Below, piece after piece: positions 19,374-27,201 of a DNA stretch of 33,410 bases. Under the pieces are notes generated by a model. It saw only the letters and a program-made list of their open reading frames with translations. It was not told the origin of the DNA and did not search any database. Source of the DNA: an uncultured bacterium (GTDB lineage: Bacteria; JAJVIF01; JAPKYR01); the NCBI GenBank assembly GCA_965369865.1, contig CBDURU010000026.1:1-33410 (forward strand). Reading direction: 5' to 3'. Positions within the stretch are counted from its first letter, which is position 1. Each line of letters begins with the position of its first letter. The position numbers and the translations under genes were made by a program.

Positions 19374-20441
19374 TTAAAGCCCCATTTCTGGAATCAACTC
19401 ATTCATATTCCTCCTGAATCCCTCCGCTGGTACATCCACATAATTTGCGTATCTTTTATCATCCATTGCACCCGACCCGAGTATCGCAGCAACCGCGGCT
19501 GCACCAAACCCGGTTGTCTTCTGCATCGCCGTGAAATTTTCATCATGGAGGATACGGAACTTCTTCTCCCACCGTTTTTCTCCAAATGTAACGACAATCT
19601 GAATCAGCACCTGGTCCTCGGTTATAAACCCGCAGGAATTTATCACTGCTTCGGAAAATGATCTCAAATCCATCTTACATTCAAAAAGCATGAAACGAAT
19701 CAATTCCACATGTCCAGGATATCGAATCGTCTTGTAATTACATTCCTTCACACCACGCTCCATCATTGATTCAAGCAAATTCGCGATCCCGCCGCTCGTG
19801 TTGAATGCTTCGAGCTGCCCAGGTCCCTCAAAAATAATCTCCTCCACATCACCCAGCGGATCGGCATTTATTTTCTTCCCATCTTTCAGGACGAAGCATT
19901 CTTCGCGATATTCGTTGTAAAGCCCATGCGGATTGAATGTAAGCCCATATTTCAATGTGCCTACTGGATTAACCGGAAGGCCCCCCACTCGAATCAAAAC
20001 TGAATCAGCTCCACCCAGCGCCAGGTATCCTAGCTCAGCGATATTGTTCGCCAGTCCCGGCGCCAGCCCAAGGTCGGTCATGCACGGGACCTTTGCGCCA
20101 TGTTCCGCGGCATCTCTTATCCTGATAGCGGTATCCACATTCCCGCCAAGGTCGCAATAGCGGGTGCCATTTTCGATGCATTTTATAGCAAGATCATAAT
20201 TCAAATCGAAAGGTAAAGCCGACACAACGATATCCGGATTATGCTCCGGAATAAATGATCCCTCAATTATGTTGCCATGAATCAGAATGACAGGGACATT
20301 CAGCTTATCGAGGAGGCGCTTTGCATGTTGCACGTTGTTTTCAAGGAATTCGATCCCGATAATTTCATAGCCAAGAACATGAAGGCCGTACGCGATCGCA
20401 ACTCCCTGGATTCCCATTCCCGCAATTAACGCTTTTTTCAT
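19374..20441 (-). CDS. Saccharopine dehydrogenase / lysine 6-dehydrogenase family oxidoreductase
   Basis: AGMGIQG Rossmann motif, YCDLGG, DLGLAPGL, LEAFNTSGG, YKTIRYPGH, TAMQKTTG. Confidence 0.88.
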   Translation of the reverse strand: MKKALIAGMGIQGVAIAYGLHVLGYEIIGIEFLENNVQHAKRLLDKLNVPVILIHGNIIEGSFIPEHNPDIVVSALPFDLNYDLAIKCIENGTRYCDLGGNVDTAIRIRDAAEHGAKVPCMTDLGLAPGLANNIAELGYLALGGADSVLIRVGGLPVNPVGTLKYGLTFNPHGLYNEYREECFVLKDGKKINADPLGDVEEIIFEGPGQLEAFNTSGGIANLLESMMERGVKECNYKTIRYPGHVELIRFMLFECKMDLRSFSEAVINSCGFITEDQVLIQIVVTFGEKRWEKKFRILHDENFTAMQKTTGFGAAAVAAILGSGAMDDKRYANYVDVPAEGFRRNMNELIPEMGL

Positions 20442-20507
20442 GATATAGAATATTCCTTAAACAGGAGCTGAATATCAAGGAACATCCCAAAAAGATTCAA
20501 ATAATAA

Positions 20508-22124
20508 TCAGACTTCCCGTTTCTGGATAATATCAAACAGGTCGATCCACTCCGAATCCCCACTTCCCGCGTTTCTCGCGACCATCCACGCGCATACCGC
20601 CACCGCGTCCGCCGCGTCATCGTAACCCCCCGACTGTGCTTCCACCTTAAATCCCCAATTTGTGATGTTGATTTCCAGCATGGAAAGCTCATCAATCAGA
20701 CGCGGGTTATTTGGTAAGGCTATCTGCCCCGACGTCATGAGATCCCTTAAAAATGAATATATCTCCTGGTTGCTTTTCGATGTAGCCGGGAACTCGATCG
20801 CGTTGTACCCCTTTGATTTTAACCGCTCTATCAGGTATGCCGACTGGTGCTGGTCGAAACTTATCCCCATCACTTTTCTTCCCTCGGCAAGCGTTATTAT
20901 CCGGTTTTCAATCTCCCCGGCATTTAATATTTCGCCCGGACCCGCCTGGTAAATTTCAACTCTCTCGATTACCACCCTCCATTTGTCTCCATCGTTCTGA
21001 TCGAGGAAACCGAGCGCGATCGCGGTCGCGTCATGCTTGAATCCGAGATCGACATGTATGTGATACCCGACATCGTTCGGCGCCGGAAGGATTTCATCAA
21101 CCACGCAATTCTGGATATCATCAAGCTTTAAAAACCGTCCATAAGGCGCCAGGAACTCTGCCCCGTACTCCTGCCTCGCGAGGTTCTCATCACGCGCGAA
21201 TTCCTCTTCGAGTTTCTCCCTCGGGATTTTCGGGTTCATTATCCATGTCGGGACCTGGATTGTAAGCGTTCCCGCGCGCATTCCGCGCTGTTCGAAAAGG
21301 TCCCATACAACACCACTTCGCCCGGATGGCGACGTCGCCACCACCGCAAGACTTTTTTCTCCAAAGGTGGCAAGCGACGGTGTGAGCGCTGTCCAGACAG
21401 CACGGTCGGCGAATGGCCCGTTAGTTCTCTGGAAATGCGCGAACTCATCGAAGCAAACCCCGCACGCGGTGCGTCCACGCCCCGATCTCGATGAAGATGA
21501 CAGGGATTCAATTTTGAGCCGCCCGATTTTCATGCGCTCGGTTGGATTTGATTTTTTGGGGAGTAACCTGAGCCTGTGCAGGTTGCGGACTAGCATCTGG
21601 AAAAAAATCTGCGCCTGGTGGGTGTCACACGCTACATTTATCAGCGAAATTTGCGAGTCGTCAAGTATCGGAATCCCATCGAGAAAATCAGGGTCCTTGA
21701 GAATCCGCCTCGCAAGGATCGACATAAGAATGCTCGCGATTGTTGTTTTTCCGCTGCGGCGTCCCGCGATACACAGCATCAAAGTGATTGGGGATTTGAA
21801 TTCGATCGAGAGATCCCCGTCTTTTATTTTGACCCGAGCGTCCGGAGGGAGCCATAGACGTTGCCTGTCCGTTCCATAACCAAGGAGGTTTTTTAATAAT
21901 TGATGGGTAACCTCGTCATTTGATTGAAAAATTCGTTCGGGATAATTACGGCTGGCGTCAACCATACCCAGGAGTACTCCCTGAACTGGGGTCAGGGGGA
22001 TGCCGAGACCATATTCTGATCGCGCGGTCTCAACAAACCCCGCGTCATTCAGCTGATTCTGCTTCAGTATTGAACGCTTGAAATAACGCCTCGGTATCGT
22101 AAAATACATTCCGCCCTCACTCAT
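20508..22124 (-). CDS. Phage terminase large subunit
   Basis: LTPVQ adenine-binding-like motif, Walker A AGRRSGKT, NVA....QA...F, Walker B VCFDEFAH, coupling motif ATSP, QEYGAEF linker, and RNase H-type nuclease motifs HVDLG...D, SFDQHQS and DDAADA. ATG 22124 follows GAGGAGG and overlaps the upstream gene end. Confidence 0.88.
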   Translation of the reverse strand: MSEGGMYFTIPRRYFKRSILKQNQLNDAGFVETARSEYGLGIPLTPVQGVLLGMVDASRNYPERIFQSNDEVTHQLLKNLLGYGTDRQRLWLPPDARVKIKDGDLSIEFKSPITLMLCIAGRRSGKTTIASILMSILARRILKDPDFLDGIPILDDSQISLINVACDTHQAQIFFQMLVRNLHRLRLLPKKSNPTERMKIGRLKIESLSSSSRSGRGRTACGVCFDEFAHFQRTNGPFADRAVWTALTPSLATFGEKSLAVVATSPSGRSGVVWDLFEQRGMRAGTLTIQVPTWIMNPKIPREKLEEEFARDENLARQEYGAEFLAPYGRFLKLDDIQNCVVDEILPAPNDVGYHIHVDLGFKHDATAIALGFLDQNDGDKWRVVIERVEIYQAGPGEILNAGEIENRIITLAEGRKVMGISFDQHQSAYLIERLKSKGYNAIEFPATSKSNQEIYSFLRDLMTSGQIALPNNPRLIDELSMLEINITNWGFKVEAQSGGYDDAADAVAVCAWMVARNAGSGDSEWIDLFDIIQKREV

Positions 22125-22464
22125 TGTCCTCCTCACTCTCCTCAAGACTCCTCCAGCGATCATCGATAATTTTGACTATCCTGTCTTTCAAACCGACATC
22201 GAATTTTTCCACTTCCACAATCACCTCATCGAGGAAGCTGATCAGGTCGAATGAACGTCCCATTTTCAGGTAGAACGACGCCTGCTCCTTGATCAACCTG
22301 ACACGCCCGATCGCAAGATCGAGCTTGAGTTTTATTTTCGTTTTATCAAAATCCTCACCATTGTTTTTACAATCACTCAGAATTTTATTTAATTCTATTA
22401 AGGTCTCGCGGACTTTCTCAAATTCTTTCTCAAGTGAAATCAATCTTTTCTGGTACAACCACAT
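22117..22464 (-). CDS. Small helical/coiled-coil protein, candidate terminase small subunit
   Basis: About 115 aa, K/E/L-rich and helical, overlapping the terL start. GGAGG lies 9 nt before ATG 22464. The TerS call is positional only. Confidence 0.5.
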   Translation of the reverse strand: MWLYQKRLISLEKEFEKVRETLIELNKILSDCKNNGEDFDKTKIKLKLDLAIGRVRLIKEQASFYLKMGRSFDLISFLDEVIVEVEKFDVGLKDRIVKIIDDRWRSLEESEEDNE

Positions 22465-22483
22465 AAGCCACACCCTCCCTGGA

Positions 22484-22756
22484 TTATTTACCGCCCATAT
22501 TTAAAACATCTTCAGAATCAATATCGTCATCGTATATCCTGACAGCCTCAAGATCGTTAAGAATACTCAGCGGAAGTTTTCGATCGGCGGAAATTATCCG
22601 GACTGTATCCTGATCGATCCTGACCACGTGGTCCTTGAATTTTTTATTCCACCGTCGGACCCTGCGATCGTAGCTGTCGATCTCCCGTTTCCATTTAGGT
22701 TTTTCGGGAGGGGTCCGACTGAACGGCCTTGCTGCAGATGGTGCTGCTTTTTTCAT
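22484..22756 (-). CDS. Hypothetical 90-aa protein in the terminase operon
   Basis: Co-oriented and closely spaced ORF with a basic N-terminal half and an acidic C-terminus. No recognisable family. Confidence 0.55.
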   Translation of the reverse strand: MKKAAPSAARPFSRTPPEKPKWKREIDSYDRRVRRWNKKFKDHVVRIDQDTVRIISADRKLPLSILNDLEAVRIYDDDIDSEDVLNMGGK

Positions 22757-22844
22757 CCCTCATCACGTCTCCAGACCCGGCACAGGTATTAGTCAAAATT
22801 AGTTATGATCTTAATCCCGGCACAATCACGAATGTGAATTGCCT

Positions 22845-23090
22845 TCAGTAATAAGGAAGCGAACCGAGGACATCCTTTGCCTTCCTGACATGTTTCTGGA
22901 TTTTTGAATGATGCACACCCATATGCCTGGCGATTTCCCTTTGCGACCAGCCATCGAGGATGAAACCGAGGACATAAACCGAGTCCGGCGAATCCGCGAG
23001 GCCAAGTTCAAGATCAATAATATGGATTAAAATTTCGTAGCCACGTGGATTTAATCCGATTGCAAAATAATCAAGGATAAAAGGATTCAT
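22845..23090 (-). CDS. Small sigma70 region-4-like HTH protein (RinA/ArpU-like position)
   Basis: DGWSQREIARHMGVHHSKIQKHVRKAKDVL HTH. ATG 23090 follows AGGAG. The ORF-track TTG start at 23153 coincides with a -35 box. Confidence 0.75.
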   Translation of the reverse strand: MNPFILDYFAIGLNPRGYEILIHIIDLELGLADSPDSVYVLGFILDGWSQREIARHMGVHHSKIQKHVRKAKDVLGSLPYY

Positions 23091-23124
23091 ACCGCATCTC
23101 CTGTTAAATAGTCTTTTCGCAATA

Positions 23125-23153
23125 ATTATAGCACTTAAAATGTCAATTGGCAA
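23125..23153 (-). promoter_or_regulatory. Near-consensus sigma70 promoter driving the HTH-terminase operon
   Basis: Minus strand reads TTGCCA (23153-23148), 17 bp, TATAAT (23130-23125), with an extended TG and an AT-rich upstream tract. Confidence 0.7.
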
Positions 23154-23559
23154 GTATTATCATTATTTTATACCATATTTTTTCTATTTTTAACACATTT
23201 TCATACAATATTCAATATTTAACCTACCTCGCATGTCTCAAACATGCCATATTTGTTATGTCAATCATTGTAATTTATTCGTCATTATAACAATAATCCT
23301 ACCACAATTTTGCTCATAATCCTGGTATTTCCTTCGAATTTTTAATTAATTTTAATTTAATCCTGGGTAGAAGTGAACTACAATGATGAACCTCGCGGTC
23401 CGATAAAAAGTTAAGAAACCATGTAAAAGATTAGATGGTTCCCCACGATAAGAATCCCGATCTTTGGGTCTGCACATTATTTTACATTGCATGGATTTTA
23501 TTCACGAACATGGAGATGTGAGAACCCTCTACATGGAACCTGTCCCCATCTTCCCCCCA

Positions 23560-23588
23560 TTGCCTTTCATTACTCACGGGTATACAAT
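23560..23588 (+). promoter_or_regulatory. Putative sigma70 promoter for the sucC/sucD-like genes
   Basis: TTGCCT, 17 bp, TACAAT. A second TATAAT lies at 23611-23616. Confidence 0.45.
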
Positions 23589-23716
23589 AACTCACTACGC
23601 GTAGATTGGTTATAATCCGATTTGGTGGGTTTACGCGATGTTCTTATTTCTCGTGAAATCCTGATAATTACTATAAAGCAGGTTTCTTGCGACCGGGTCA
23701 CCGGAGGAGCACCAGT

Positions 23717-25306
23717 ATGGCGAGATTATTTGAATACCAGGGAAAGGAAATCCTCAGCCGTGCCGGATTCGCAATCCCGGAAGGCAAAGCCTGCACCACC
23801 CCCGAGGAAGCCGAATCGGCGGCATCCGAGTTGGGTGGTGAGGTCGTTGTTAAAGCACAGGCATGGACCACCGGACGCAAGGCGAAGGGCCTTTTAAAAT
23901 TTTGCAAAACCCCTGAAGCTGCAAAGGAAGCCGCATCCGAACTTCTCGGCCAGATCGTAACGAATTTCCCTGTCGAGATAGTTCTCGTCGAGAGTAAACT
24001 CGAGATCGACCGTGAACTTTTCGCTGCCGTTATTATCGATGCCACTGCACAGCAGCCTATGGTTGTCTTTTCGAGCCTTGGCGGAACGGGTGTTGAGGAT
24101 ATCGCGAAATCTCATCCGGAAGCCATCTCCCGGAAGCTTATTGATATTAAGGTTGGACTCAGGGATTTCGAGGCTCGTGAATTGGTTAGAGTAACCACAC
24201 TGGATCGAAAATTCTACAACAAAGCCGCCGCGGCACTCGTAAAACTCTACAAGGCTGCCCGGTTGAGTGAAGCCCGTTCAATTGAAATCAACCCACTCGT
24301 AGTCACAAAAGATGGGAAATGGGTCGCCGCCGACTGCCATGCGATTGTCGATGACTACTCTGTTTACCGCCATCCTGAACTCGGAATCGAAGTCGCACGC
24401 GAACTCGACCATCCAATAACCACGCTCGAACGCATCGCATACAATGTCGAGAAATCCGATTACCGCGGCACGTTCTATTTCTTCCAGATGGACCAGAACA
24501 TTCCTGATAACGGTAAAAACACGAATGGCGAGGATGTTATCGGATTCCACGGCGCGGGCGGTGGTGGGTCGATGATGAGTATGGACGGTCTCGGTAAACA
24601 TAACTTTGCGCTCGCTAATTTCTGCGATACATCCGGAAATCCCCCGGCCAGCAAAGTCTATCGCGCCGCGAAAATTATCCTCGCTCAACCAAACATCCGG
24701 GGGTATTTCGCGAGCGGATCCGGCGTCGCAAGCCAGGAACAATTCCATTCGGCACGAGGATTTGTGAAGGCTTTCCGCGAGGTTGGCCTTCAGGTTCCCG
24801 CCGTGATTCGCCTCGGGGGTAACAGGGAAGAAATCGCGATCGAGATTCTCCGGACTTATCTAGCTGACATCGGTGTACCTGTCGAAGGCTACGGAAAGGA
24901 TGATTCAGCGGTATTCTGCGCGGAACGTCTCAGGAGGCTGATCGAAGATGGATCGTACAGTCCCAAGGGTCCGGACCCGATTTCAAATCCTGATGAGCCG
25001 GAAGACCCTTATACATTCAAAACACTTACCGGCAGCCTGACAATCGATCATGCGAAGTGTTCCGATTGTGATTCAAAACCATGCATCGATTCCTGCCATC
25101 CGAATATCCTCGAGGTGAAGGATGGCAATGTGGTTCTTAATATCTCCGATGATGAGGCTGCCAAGGGACGATGTACCGAATGTCTAGCGTGCGAAATCGC
25201 GTGCTGGACAGCGGCTAACCAGGCGATAAAAATCGATCTTCCAATAGACGGTCTCCCCGAATATCTCAAAGAAATTAAAGATTCCGCACCACAGGAGGTG
25301 TCCTGA
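23717..25306 (+). CDS. sucC: Succinyl-CoA synthetase beta-like subunit (ATP-grasp) fused to a C-terminal ferredoxin-type domain
   Basis: RLFEYQGKE, VVKAQ...GRKAKG, EINPL, DTSGNP. C-terminal CSDCDSKPCIDSCHP...CTECLACEIAC. ATG 23717 follows GGAGGAG. Confidence 0.8.
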   Translation: MARLFEYQGKEILSRAGFAIPEGKACTTPEEAESAASELGGEVVVKAQAWTTGRKAKGLLKFCKTPEAAKEAASELLGQIVTNFPVEIVLVESKLEIDRELFAAVIIDATAQQPMVVFSSLGGTGVEDIAKSHPEAISRKLIDIKVGLRDFEARELVRVTTLDRKFYNKAAAALVKLYKAARLSEARSIEINPLVVTKDGKWVAADCHAIVDDYSVYRHPELGIEVARELDHPITTLERIAYNVEKSDYRGTFYFFQMDQNIPDNGKNTNGEDVIGFHGAGGGGSMMSMDGLGKHNFALANFCDTSGNPPASKVYRAAKIILAQPNIRGYFASGSGVASQEQFHSARGFVKAFREVGLQVPAVIRLGGNREEIAIEILRTYLADIGVPVEGYGKDDSAVFCAERLRRLIEDGSYSPKGPDPISNPDEPEDPYTFKTLTGSLTIDHAKCSDCDSKPCIDSCHPNILEVKDGNVVLNISDDEAAKGRCTECLACEIACWTAANQAIKIDLPIDGLPEYLKEIKDSAPQEVS

Positions 25307-26223
25307 TGTCTATCCTTGTTAACGAGAATTCAAGAGTTTGCGTACAGGGCATCACCGGACGTGAGGGATTAACCCGGACACGCCTTATGACCGAGTATGG
25401 TACCAGCGTGGTTGCCGGGGTCACTCCTGGTAAGGGCGGACAGGAAGTCCTGAATGTCCCGGTCTACGACACTATGTTTGAGGCGATGGAAGCCACGAGT
25501 AACGATGGCGGAATTGATATCTCCGTGCTCTTCATCCCCGCTCCACTCGTAAAATCCGCGGCGCTTGAAGCAATAGAAGCTGGCGTGAAACTTCTCGTAA
25601 TTGTCCCCGACCGCGTCCCGATCTGGGATGTAATGGAAATCGCCGATGCCGCCAAATCCCATGACGCGGCATTCCTGGGCCCGAACACTCTTGGTGCCGT
25701 GACTGTCGACCAGGCGGTACTCGGTATGATGGGCGGTACCGCTGCGAGCGCGAAAGATTTCTTCAAGCCGGGTAAAGTCGGTGTCACCAGCCGGTCCGGG
25801 GGAATTACATCGTCGATCGCTTATTATCTCTCCAAGGCGGGTATCGGGCTGACCACAATCTGCCATGTCGGTGGCGATTCGATCATCGGACTTCCGCATC
25901 CTGAAATCGTAAAGCGGTTCGAGGACGATCCGGAAACCGAAGTGATTGTTCTTTTCGGAGAGATCGGCACCAGCCAGGAAGAGGGTGTCGCCGAATTAAT
26001 GGTAAAGAAGGAAGTCACCAAGCCGATCGTGGCATACATCGGCGGCAAGGGAGCTAAGGAAGGCACCCGATTCAGCCACGCCGGGACGATCATCGAAGGC
26101 GGCAAGGGCACGAGAGATGGGAAAATCCGGGCGTTAAAAGGCGCCGGCGCGCATATTGTCGAGGATTTCGATGATATCCCGAAAGTAACAAGTGAGGTCC
26201 TTGCGAGCCTGGAATCGAATTAA
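25306..26223 (+). CDS. sucD: Succinyl-CoA synthetase alpha-like subunit
   Basis: VQGITGREG, GVTPGKGG, GPNTLG, SRSGG, GEIG, and FSHAG phospho-His. TGATG overlap with sucC. Confidence 0.88.
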   Translation: MSILVNENSRVCVQGITGREGLTRTRLMTEYGTSVVAGVTPGKGGQEVLNVPVYDTMFEAMEATSNDGGIDISVLFIPAPLVKSAALEAIEAGVKLLVIVPDRVPIWDVMEIADAAKSHDAAFLGPNTLGAVTVDQAVLGMMGGTAASAKDFFKPGKVGVTSRSGGITSSIAYYLSKAGIGLTTICHVGGDSIIGLPHPEIVKRFEDDPETEVIVLFGEIGTSQEEGVAELMVKKEVTKPIVAYIGGKGAKEGTRFSHAGTIIEGGKGTRDGKIRALKGAGAHIVEDFDDIPKVTSEVLASLESN

Positions 26224-26280
26224 ATCTGCCATTGCTTTTACAGGAAATATCATTTTAGAATTCAAACCAAATTGTTTAAA

Positions 26281-26433
26281 TCATGGGGACATGCCATTTT
26301 TCTCCAGTGATAAACCTGACTTTACCATTGCGTATCAAGGGGTAATACCAATCTTAGATTCAGGGACGCCTTTCCATGCTTCCAGCGTTGAAGGTGTCCC
26401 CATGAATTCAAAGCGTCTAAATGCCGTGTCCCC
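26281..26433. repeat. Nested GGGGACA/TGTCCCC palindromic repeat cluster
   Basis: TCATGGGGACA (26281-26291) pairs perfectly with TGTCCCCATGA (26395-26405). GGGGACATGCCATTT pairs at 13/15 with 26419-26433. Inner stem GGGACGCCTT/AAGGTGTCCC at 26363-26400. Confidence 0.55.
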
Positions 26434-26447
26434 GAAGTTAAAAGCCA

Positions 26448-27197
26448 ATGTACGAACATCCGTGGGAACCTCTTGGTAACGCCCTTCTCGATTACTTCAA
26501 CGGTGACAACGATGCAACCATGTCTGTTGTATCCGATTTCGAGATCCCGGTCATGATGTCCGCGGAACTTTTTTTCCGCAATCCCGAATGGTTTCCAATG
26601 CTCGAACAGACCGCGCTCCGACAGTGCAGCGGGAGGGTCCTGGATATCGGTGCGGGGGCAGGATCGCATGCGTTAACCCTCCAGGAACTCGGCGCGCCCG
26701 TTACGGCGATCGATGTCTCTGTAAAAGCAGTCCAGGTTATGAAAGGCCGCGGAATAAAAGACGCCCGGTGCACCGATTTTTTCAATTTCAGGATTGATGA
26801 AAAGCGGAATGATCTGAAATACGATACCCTTCTCATGTTGATGAACGGGATAGGGATAGTCGGTAACCTGTCTCGCCTTGAAAAATTCTTCGAACACGCT
26901 AAAACCCTCATCAAATCAGACGGCGCGCGCCAGATAATTCTGGATTCATTCGATCTCAGGGAATCATTATCCAAAACCGAATTTGCCGCTAGAAAACAGG
27001 ATAAATCGCAGGATTACTACGGCGAAGTCAGGTACCGTCTTGAATACAAGGGTAAGTATGGACCCGGTTATTCTTGGCTTTATGTCGACCCTGATACGTT
27101 GACAGAATACGCGAACAGGTCGGGATGGTTATCCGACGGCATCTGGCCTGAGGAGGACGGCCGTTACCTGACAAAGCTTGTGTGCGAAGGTGTATAG
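26448..27197 (+). CDS. Class I SAM-dependent methyltransferase
   Basis: VLDIGAGAGSH motif I, AIDVS, YDTLLMLMNGIGIVG, WLYVD. Confidence 0.9.
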   Translation: MYEHPWEPLGNALLDYFNGDNDATMSVVSDFEIPVMMSAELFFRNPEWFPMLEQTALRQCSGRVLDIGAGAGSHALTLQELGAPVTAIDVSVKAVQVMKGRGIKDARCTDFFNFRIDEKRNDLKYDTLLMLMNGIGIVGNLSRLEKFFEHAKTLIKSDGARQIILDSFDLRESLSKTEFAARKQDKSQDYYGEVRYRLEYKGKYGPGYSWLYVDPDTLTEYANRSGWLSDGIWPEEDGRYLTKLVCEGV

Positions 27198-27201
27198 GTC
27201 C

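Noticed and set aside
20457..23108. Terminal inverted repeats around the terminase module (TTAAACAGGAGCTG versus TTTAACAGGAGATG, 12/14)
   Set aside because: The match is short and imperfect, the right copy is simply the HTH gene's SD region, it would exclude the promoter, and no target duplication or transposase was seen.
20508..23153. Complete prophage
   Set aside because: No integrase, replication, portal, capsid, tail or lysis genes were recognised, and both flanks are host metabolic genes.
23160..23560. tRNA, riboswitch or pseudogene in the AT-rich gap upstream of the terminase operon
   Set aside because: Only short weak hairpins (such as AACCAT/ATGGTT) were found, with no recognisable RNA consensus or decayed reading frame.
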